This document shows positions 10,764 to 20,549 of a DNA stretch of 64,000 nucleotides, piece after piece (within the stretch, counting starts at the first letter, position 1; each line of letters opens with the position of its first letter). The notes beneath the pieces are model-generated. The model was given only the letters and a program-made list of their open reading frames with translations, made no database searches and was not told the DNA's origin. The stretch is from NCBI GenBank assembly GCA_030704615.1, contig CM060733.1, positions 38,998,001 through 39,062,000 of the forward strand. The letters are read 5' to 3'. Source of the DNA: Takakia lepidozioides (taxonomy: Eukaryota; Plantae; Bryophyta). The position numbers and the translations under genes were made by a program.

Positions 10764-12050
10764 ATGGACCTTTCTTCCGTGACCCGTCCTCCAGCGGACC
10801 TTCGTACATCTTCAGCAGACCCGCAGCAGACCACATTGCGTGGTCGAACTGATTTCCCATTTGGCAGACCATGGCGACCTCCACAGCGGTCTGCAACTGA
10901 TGAGGAGGACCCCACTTTTCCGAAGTTTCGTTGTGGGGAAAGCAATCGGCATCTGGACTGGTACAATGAGCTTCACCGCATCGTCGCCTCCCGGTGGACC
11001 TTTGCTCCGCAACACTCCTCAATGGAGTTCACGGCGGAGGAGGCCACCCGTGTTTTGGACAAAGCCCGTGAGTATGGAGTGGCACTTCTGGCATAGGAGA
11101 CTGAGCCACCGCGTATCACGCAGCTCTTTCTCATGCACGACCCACGCCCACTGGAGATAAGGCACATGGCCATCGCCCACCCAATATTTGGTGTTCGTCC
11201 GAAGCACTTAGCAAGCTTGACAGAGAGTGCTTTTGAGGAGATGGCAGATTGTTTCCTCCGCCGTCAATGGATGCAATTTGGCATTTACAGGTCTTACACC
11301 AAATTAAAAAAAGACCTTCACAACCTGTGGATGGACCTGCTACATGGAAGCGAAGAGGCTCGGGAAAGTATCACGCAAGACGCCATGATGTGATTTGTGA
11401 CTGTGTAGGAGCGTGTGGTTTTCGACATTGTATTCAACAAACGACATGCTTTCCAAGTGCTCTGGAGCGGGTTTCCAGCAGAGGACCGTGTTGCAGCTCT
11501 GGGAGAGCTTGACGAGGCCTTCATGGATCAGCTCATGAAAGATATTGGGCTGTGGACCACAATCCTAGATCATGGTATGTCATCAGACCTAACAGACCTT
11601 GTTATCAGACCTTTTAAACAGACCTTGTCGTTGACCACGAACGCAGACCTTCTCGCAGACTTTATCCCAGAGCATGTGAACCATAACAACCAACAGACGT
11701 TCTGAAGCAGACCACGTCAAGCATCAAACCCCCATGTATTCTTCCGTTTGTTAGCAGACCAGGGATGAGTGCTTTGTTTTTGACATGTTTGTGACATGTT
11801 GCAGAGTATGATCCGGAGGACGAGCTTGTTCGGAATGCTCTTGACCAGTACGCCAATGGCGCAAGGCAGCTTCTAAGAGCCCTCCGTGGCCATAATGGAG
11901 TCGAGTCACCCGTTAAATGCAGGCTCATTGGAGTTCGTACAACAGCAGACACACAGAACCCAACTCCCATGGAGACCCAGGAGGACCGCAGCGAGCAGAC
12001 CCTTACCAACAAAATCCCAAGCACCGACATGCGAACCAGCAGACCTTGAT
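10764..12050 (+). pseudogene. Orphan gene of unknown function between the two MTase genes, probably a third element-borne gene
   Basis: ORFs 10764, 11133 and 11415 share one frame, broken only by TAG 11094, TGA 11391 and TAG 11406. Probable intron ~11575-11803, followed by an exon reading EYDPEDELVRNALDQYANGARQLLRALRG. No family recognised. Confidence 0.55.
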
Positions 12051-12873
12051 TACGGCGAACAAGGAATAGTAGTCCCCCGACTGGATTGCCAGTACTCCCA
12101 AGCCAGACAATGTGGTGGGACACCCTAAGTCCGAGGCTCGTTTGGGTGACAAAAACTTGTCCTTGCCAAAACAGACTTTCGTGGAGGCATTGCACATCTT
12201 ACCCGAAATTACCTTGGTTATGCATACCTTTCCAGATAACAACTTCCACAACACCGGACATGAGCAGACCTTTCCAGATCAGTGGGCACCCATCACCTTC
12301 CCAGAGCATACCGTTGTGATGGAAAGCAGACCTGGGCAGACCAGTGCAGGCCAGAGCACATCACAGCAGGCCCGACAAGACCAAACCACACAAGACCAGA
12401 CCACACAAGACCAGACCAGAGCGAAGGACTCCAAACGAGCCGAGTGCACAACAGACCATACCCCAAAAGATAGCCTATACTATATGCGCACACAAATGCA
12501 TGCATATGGAGGAATGTATGCGTGCATACAAATTTTAGATATGCATAGGAACAATTTTATATGCACAACACTTAGATAAGGGTACCCAAAAAAAATAAAA
12601 AATTGTGATTCATCTAATCTTAGGGTCCATAGTCAAAATATCAAAGGATGGAATAAGAATATTCTATATAGAATATTCTATATTCATTGTATTATTATTC
12701 CACATGGGTGAGTGTAGGAATGGGAGAAGAACATGTTGCTTTTATGGCTTTCCAACATGAGAAAAAAGATCGAAAAATTAAAAAGTGACAAGGCACGGCT
12801 CCTTGTTAGATACAAATGGTGAAGGTACGGGCTCTTCCAATGGTGGGAGTCTAGTTTGAAGTTCAGAATGGAG

Positions 12874-12927
12874 CAATGCTAAGGGAATGCTAGGGAGCTT
12901 GACAATGCTAGGGAGCTTGTTACATAG
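12874..12927. repeat. Short direct repeats, candidate right terminus of element A
   Basis: AATGCTAGGGAGCTTG at 12886-12901 and 12904-12919, a partial copy at 12875, then TTACATAG. No partner end is visible in the window. Confidence 0.3.
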
Positions 12928-13414
12928 GTTTTGCAGTATCTATATATCTATCTTCTGAAACATTTTTATTTTACAAAAACATAATGTCCATCAGAGATAG
13001 AACCCACAACCTATCGGGTATCAAGCCTAGTTCATACCACTACACTACCCATTCAGACTTGAAACACTAATGAAATGAAACACTAATGAGATAAAGATAG
13101 TCACCCTGTGTGTACATAACATGCCACAATACTCATAAGGGTTGATCTTACTAATGATGAAATTTGATAGTGCTGAAGTGCATGTCGAACTTGCATTAAG
13201 GTAAAGGGATCTATGAAATGCAGTAGAGATCTATGTACAAACTATTACATAGATAAATCAAATGACAGGAAGATAACATGAAATCTGATTTCAACACCAT
13301 GTCATTTGCCCCATTTGTTTTACCTTACACTAGAGAGAAATACATGTATCATAAAAATAACAAAATTCGGACTGACAATGAGGACAATGTATTGTATATG
13401 TAATTTCTAATTAC

Positions 13415-16400
13415 CTACATAACATCATCAGCTGATACTTCATCATCCGTGTCATAAGCCTGTGATTCAGAGGCATACACATCCATGAAAGCCTCAACTC
13501 TACGCAACCTATCCATGGATTGTCCAACAATAGCTGCTCTTCGGTCAAACAACAGATCATTGGAAAGACCTATATCACGTTGTTGATGTATTGAATGCAA
13601 AGCTTGGGACTCGGCATACGAAGGTAGATAAAACGATGAAAGAGGACTTTGGGGTAGACTATCGTAGATGGTCCGCACAATCCCATCACTGCATCACACA
13701 TACATGTATACTTATGTTAACAAATCAAATGGGAATGGTTTGCTTTGAGATTGCAACAAAGGGAATGGAGGCGAGACATACTCACTAGGAAGTACTGCCG
13801 AGATGAAGACCAAGCTTGCGCGCCACCTTAGGAGCGGGGGTTCCAACAAACTCACAGGACGTTGAATGGTTGGAGTTACCACAGATGAAACCAAAACGGG
13901 TTGAGTATTTTGAAGTGCAGAGAGACGTGCTGCATACAACGTCTGGTCCCCCTCAAGACCAAATACGTGACGTCCAGACTCGTGGGCAGCAATAAATGTA
14001 GAACCTGCAGGAAAAAAACATGCAATGAAGATATTATATCGGATAACAGTTAATGATCATGAATTAGCTCAGAAGATTTTAATTACAAAATGGAGACCAA
14101 TGCAAACATGTGCCAGCTGTGAGATCCAAAATGCGGGAGCCAGGAGGTGAGCATGTCTCCAACAACACTTGCATGAAGGCGGGACTACGGTCTCGCGCAC
14201 CCCTCCAGGCTTGTTGAGGAGTTTGCATGGGTAGTGCAACATCTGGAATGTGGTTGTAGATGGCATCCAACTCAACAGGGTCTGCAAGGGGGTCCACAAC
14301 TTTGCCAGACTCACGCAGTTTGAATAGTCCTCCTTGCTTGGTGAGGACATGGGTGTGGAAGAACATGGTCTGTTAGACGTGCCATTTCCACAAAAACAGT
14401 GCACCCAGATGGTTTAATAATATGTATGAGAGTAGGAAAATGAAACATCAAACAATGAGATATTGAAGAGGGATGATTTTTACCTTTCCTGTCTGAGTGT
14501 GTAGAGGGGTGGTATTGATGCAAGTATATTTCCTTGATAATACGGAAATAGAGCTGCCCCTGGAGTAAGAAAAGAGCTCCAATGCAAAGGAATCATCGGA
14601 GCCCTGCAAGAACACCAAGCATCCATTGTCATCCAACAGGTCATTAGCAATGGAGAATGCATACTCCCAATACCGTTTATCAAAAGCATTCTAGGGAGGA
14701 ACCTGTACACCATCCAAACAGCCCTGTACAGGCATTCCTGTTGGGCAGTCCACGATGATCATGTCCACAGCCACATGCACGGCTTTTCCATCCACAACAC
14801 TAGACCAAGTTCCTGGCAACTGCAAACAACATACAGAAAATGTAGGAGTCAATAGCCGGATGATGAGGATATAAAAACATCGAATAATTCCTTACATTCA
14901 AGTTTGTTTGTTGGGGGAAACTCACATTTTTTAAGAACTCCATGAGCTCTTTCAAGGTCGCATTAGGAGATGTACTTGAGGCCTCCACCATATCAATGAA
15001 ATGACTAGGCATGATCTTCATGCGATACATGCTAGGTGCACCACCAGAAAATGACACTGCACTGTAAGGATGTTCGCCTGCCTTTGGCTTGTTTCCTCGA
15101 GTAGTAGGTGCAGGCACTACAACCAACTGATTTGAAGGATGTGAAGAACTACCAATATGACCAGCAATAGAAGCCACACCTGCATTGGGGGCCACACCTG
15201 CATTGACATCCGCACCTTTTCTTTTTCGTGATTTGCGTTTTGGTACACCCACAACGGCAGGGACCACTTGGGCTACAGCGTCAGCGGCCTGTGTAGCAAT
15301 CTGTTCTGCATGCTCCAAATCAAGAACAGGGACTTCAGTGGAGATACCCCCTTCATCACTCACTGACTGCCTGCGAACACATTCCTTATGAAGTCCCATT
15401 TCTGCATAGGGGATAGTACCATTGGGCATATCCAAATACCAACCCCCCCCTTCCCGGTGTTCCACACCCCAATCTTCCTCAATTGCAGGTGTGTACATGA
15501 AAGCTTGTTGAGCACCAAACTTCTAGGCCATCAGAAACTTGGGCTCAGCCTTAAGTCGATCACTCGGTACAAGCACAAATCTCATGTACCTAAAATACAA
15601 ACACATTCAAAGTTATTGTGGAGACAAATATTTATGCAACCTGTTCAACAATTGAACAAGCACATTAAGAAACATCCAGCCTGTCTCATTGTATCTTCAA
15701 GGCCCTCTTGACTCTTTGGCCCCTCAGCAAGTTTGTAAGCTTCCCCCGCCATGCATTGGGCCTCAACAATATCATGCTGCCAAAAGAACCAAAACAGTTC
15801 ATAACATGAACCAGAGGTGAATCTTGTCTATGGATGCAAAGAATGAAACTTGGTTAAGACATGATGTTACCTTGTACAAAATCTCTGTCATTGCATGGAC
15901 TGTCAGGTTATACCAAGTCTTTCCTGCTTTCTTGATGCATTCGTCGTATTGCTCTTTCCTCAATACATTCTTCCATTCAGAGACAGGTGTAAGGCCAATC
16001 ATATTGACCTTGCAAACCAATGCACAAATTTGGATGTAACATGTGCCCTCTCTGTTGCCCTGCACATATAAATATGATCATTAGAAAGAAGATGTGTATA
16101 TGTACATCCATTGAGCAAGAACATGACAACATTGAACATGAAAGTAAATGAAGAATAGAAAGGAAACTCACACATTCACTCCATCCATGATGGACCTGAG
16201 GGAACCACGATTTTTAATGTCCGCATTGAGCACCCAACTTGTCACACAGACATGTCTTGACAAGTTGGCCCCATGAACTTCATTGATATAGGGATACCAT
16301 GCTTGAAGCCTATGATTCCCATCCCAGACATGAAATATCTTCCCCGAAGATGATGCAACTTGGCTTGGACTCAAGATACTTCTCAAACTCATCATTGACT

Positions 16401-18307
16401 GTTTTCCAATGACTATCCCATGTAGAGATGATATCAGGACCTACATCTATAGTAGATCCATCAATCCCCTCAACAGAAACATAGAACACGGCTGCTCCTA
16501 GATGGTATCCAGAATAGAAGTCTCCTCTAAGCTTTAGGATGTCGTTGGCAAGGGCAGGCCTAACAACCTGCATAGAAATCATGCAACACAATGGAATGTC
16601 CATAACTCCATCCTCAATGAGGAGGGACCTGAAAGTTACATTCAGATCTTGTTTCTTTTCCAGAATAATTGTCTGTTTGGCATCTAGAGAAAGAGGATCA
16701 CTAGATGTTGTATCCTCTTCATACTCATCTGCCCCCCAATTCCCTGCATCAATGTCGTCAATAATGGTTGCAAACGTCCCGGCCTCCACAGCTTCAGTTG
16801 TAGTAGTAATTTCCTAATTCCATAGACCAAAAACAGTTCAAGATGTCAGTGTATGAGAAGAGCACATGTGTGAATGTATAAATGTAAAAAGAGCAGTTCA
16901 GTGTCATGGTTGCATGAAGAAAACAAATGAATTTGGATAGTCAACTAATTCCATGAATATCCTTGTCTTTCAAAGCTTACAACTTGGAGCAGAATACAGG
17001 CCTGAGCATCCCGACAGAGGACCTCCGACCACCTACGCCGGTGCATATGACACATATGTGCAACCAACTCAAAATTTGACAAGATTTGAGGCCCTTGAAG
17101 AAATTTTGCTCAGGAGCTCCAAGCATATGCGCCGGCGCATACCATGGAAGGGAGGTTGTAGCCAAACATACAGGAGCACCTTGAAAGATCAAACTAGGCC
17201 TATGGAAGCATGTGGTTGTGGAGGTGGCAACGTAGAAGCTTTGAGATACTGAATACTGTGATCAACCAAAATAGGGAAGGTCCCCAAGCGTCTGCGCCGA
17301 CGGAGATGGCAGCCTCGACACTTTGGAGCTTACGTAACACAAGGAATATACAACAAAAAACCAAGCTCCAGCATCTCCGCCGGCGAAGATGCTGCATGAG
17401 GTTCCTGAAACTAGGAGCTAAGCAAAAAAAGATTGTGCTCAATGGGTATGCGCCGGGGATATGGCAGCCCAGCCCGCTCGGAGCATCAACAACTTATGAG
17501 AATGCGGAGAAACAAAGAGATGGAAGGGGGGAGAACTTCCTGAAATATGTGAGCAGCCCTGCTGCACGGGTCTGTGTTGACAGAGGTGGCAGCCCTTGGC
17601 GCTTTGGAGCTTCCGTAACACAGGGAATATGCAAAAAAAACCAAGCTCCAAGTGTCTCCGCCGGCGAAGACACTTGCAGAGGTTCCTGAAACCTATGAGT
17701 GAGCAAAAAAGAATGTACTCAATGGGTATGCGCCGGCGGATATGCCAGCGCAGCCACTCGGAGCATCAGCAACTTTTGAGCATGCGGAAAAAACAAAGGA
17801 GATGGAAAAGGGGAGAACTTCCTGAAACATTTGAGCAGCCTGCTGCACGGTAGGTATGCGCCGGCGGATACGCCAGCCCAACCCGCTCGGAGCATCAGCA
17901 ACGTATGAGAATGCAAAAAAAAAAAAAACGGGATGGAGTAGTAGAGGAGCACTTCCTGAAACATGTGAGCATCCCAGCTCCAACGGTATGCGCCGGCGGC
18001 GGAGGTGGCAGCCCGCCCTTTCCAAGCATCAGAAAAAACCAAGGGGAATGAGCTGTCTCCGCCGGCGGAGATGGTTGTGTGTATGTGTGGATATATTCGC
18101 AAATTGTGAGAGGGAAGTGACTTAGGCATCTCCGGCGGAGGTGCTAGATTAGGAGCAGCTGGTGGGCTTATGCGATGGCGCATATGCCTAAGTGCAGGTC
18201 ATGAAAAAAAAAACAAAACTACAGCTTACCTTCTCCGTCCGCAGCTTGCCTCTACCACCACCACCACCAGCAACGCCTCCCCCTCGAGTGTCCTTCTTCC
18301 TCCCCAT
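13415..18307 (-). pseudogene. ParB/Srx-like + beta-class MTase fold fusion, copy B (multi-exon, disrupted)
   Basis: Exon 1 MGRKKDTRGG..RTEK (18307-18230, GTAAG donor). ParB exon 16813-~16173 (DIPLCCMISMQVVRPAL..VWDGNHRLQAW, frameshift ~16350). Middle exons homologous to copy A (TWYNLT, MYTPAIEEDW..GWYLDMP). MTase DMIIVDCPTG, LDDNGCLVFLQ, WRGARDRSPAFMQVLLETCSPPGSRILDLTAGTG. C-terminal SPLSSFYLPSYAESQALH matches A SPLSNFLLPVYAEAMALH. TAG at 14691-14693 replaces a conserved Trp. Confidence 0.8.
17030..18185. repeat. Array of ~12 CGCCGGCG-core palindromes in intron 1 of ParB-MTase B, embedded in diverged tandem units
   Basis: Perfect TATGCGCCGGCGCATA 17126-17141 and TCTCCGCCGGCGGAGA 18056-18071. 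Near-perfect copies at 17371-17392, 17649-17676, 17725, 17854 and 17986; degenerate copies at 17032, 17289, 17447, 18126 and 18169. Confidence 0.9.
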
Positions 18308-18674
18308 CGCCGCAACAGCTCGTGCCTCGGGGTGGTATAGTATAGGCCGAGATGCGGCGCCTCCGTTCCTCTTCGGCAACGGGAGTCTCCAGGGTAGTTG
18401 TAGAGACTAGAGACGTGGTAAGTGCTTGTGTAGTTTGTGTGTGTTGTTTGGGGGAGTGGCAAGGGATAATGTGCAAGTATACTAGAATACGTTAGTGTAG
18501 TAATGATACAGGTTGTCATGTAGTAATGGAAACAAGTTTAAATGAATAGAAACAGTTTATTAACAAAAAAATAGAGGTGTTTCATTGAATAGAGCATGGC
18601 TTATTAGTAAGGTTGTGGTGTCTTTTCCACAAGGTTGCGGGTTCAAACCTGCCCGCCAAGGAGAGCGAGGGAAA

Positions 18675-20060
18675 GGGGGCGAGGGCTAACGCCTTTAAAG
18701 GCCAAATTGGCCAAATCTGAAATGTGAACCTTTTTTAACACTCTGGGCATTAGTGTTTTTTGGACTACATGGGGTTACAATGGATCCTCAGAAGATGGTT
18801 GTTTACGATTGACTGTACTTTGTGGCGGCGCCTTCATAATACAATATAAAGTAAGTGATAAAGTAACTAAATATTTTGTTATGGGTGTCTTAATCAATTT
18901 ATTGTTTAGAGTCAATTGTCGCCACAAATACTTGTACTCATTACTCATACATGAGAAATCAAAGAACAAATCAACATACATGTCATGGAATTTGATTGTA
19001 AATAAATTGTGCCGTCTAGGGGGGGCGAGGGCTAAGGCCTATAAAAATGCCAAATTGGCCAAATCTGAAATGTGAACCTTTGTATACACTCTGGCATTAG
19101 TGCTTTTTGGACTACATGGGTTAACGTGGTCCTCAGGAAGATGGTTGTACGATGACATGTTACTTTGTGGCGGCGCCTTCATAATACAATATAAAGTAAG
19201 TGATAAAGTAACTAAATATTTTGTTATGGGGGTCTTAATCAATTTATTGGTTTTAGAGTCAATTGTCGCCACAAATACTTGTACTCATTACTCATACATG
19301 AGTAATCAAAGAACAAACACATACATGTCATGGGATTTGATTGTAAAAAATTGTGCCGTCTAGTGGGGGGCGGAGGGCTAAGGCCTTAAAAAAAGGCCAA
19401 ATTGGCCAAATCTGAAAGTGAACCTTTTTATACACTCTGGCGTTAGTGCTTTTTGGACTACATGGGTTACACGTGGATCCTCAGAAGATGGTTGTACGAT
19501 TGAAATGTTACTTTGTGGCGACGCCTCATAATACAATATAAAGTAAGTGATAAAGTAACTAAATATTTTGTTATGGGTGTCTTAATCAATTTATTGTTTT
19601 AGAGTCAATTGTTGCCACAAATACTTGTACTCATTACTCATACATGAGTAATCAAAGAAACAAATCCAAACATACATGTCATGGGATTTGATTGTAAAAT
19701 AAATTGTGCCGTCTAGTGGGGGCGAGGGCTAAGGCCTTAAAAAGGCCAAATTGGCCAAAATCTGAAATGTGAAACCGTTTTACACTCTGGCGTTAGTGCT
19801 TTTTGGACTACATGGGTTACACGTGGATCCTCAGAAGATGGTTGTTACGATTGAATGTTACTGTGGCGGCGCCTTCATAATACAATATAAAGTAAGTGAT
19901 AAAGTAACTAAATATTTTGTTATGGGTGTCTTATCAATTTATGGTTTTAGAGTCAATTGTCGTCACAAATACTTGTACTTCATTACTCATACATGAGAAT
20001 CAAAAAACAAATCAACATACATGTCATGGGATTTGATGTAAATAAATTGTGCGTCTTAGT
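18675..20060. repeat. Tandem array of 4 x ~345-350 bp units
   Basis: Units start GGGGGCGAGGGCTAA at ~18676, 19021, ~19365 and ~19718. They are near-identical, and differences are mostly homopolymer or 1-bp indels. Confidence 0.95.
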
Positions 20061-20549
20061 GTCAGTCCATAGATGGACGATTAATCAACGATGGTTGTAA
20101 AAAAATGGAAACATGCAGAGCATTAGGTTCATATGCTCATAAGAAGAAGGCGGCAGTACATTGGATTCTAGATCTCAACAACGGCGCCGTCGTCGTCTTA
20201 AAAATAGGGGATAGTCCATTAGTGGTTTCTGTCAGAGAATAATATGGATGGAGGCACATGCCTCAAAAAAATTGGACCTTTTGGATTGATGATACACATA
20301 AGTAATGTAAGCCATTAATGTATTTGCATAAGGTCTTGCAAGATGTGCGCTTTCATCATTTTTGCATCTTCTCTCAAATTTGAGGGCATTGCCAAAATGT
20401 CTACACAAAAATATGCAGTGCTTTATGTCCACCTGATGCAAAAGTGGTTCGTTATCCTTGCAATAAGAACAAGTGCATTATCCGAGAACCTTGGTATGAC
20501 AATAGATTCAAACTTGTTCCGGGTCAGTTTTTTTTGGAGGATGATGGAG

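Noticed and set aside
4186-18307. Bacterial contamination or prophage origin of the ParB-MTase genes
   Set aside because: Both copies have many GT-AG introns at shared positions and are linked to eukaryotic MULE transposases.
18775-19996. Repeated short ORFs (GGAFIIQYKVSDKVTKYFVMG) as a peptide gene array
   Set aside because: Frames and ends differ between units and most lack an ATG start; they are by-products of the tandem repeat.
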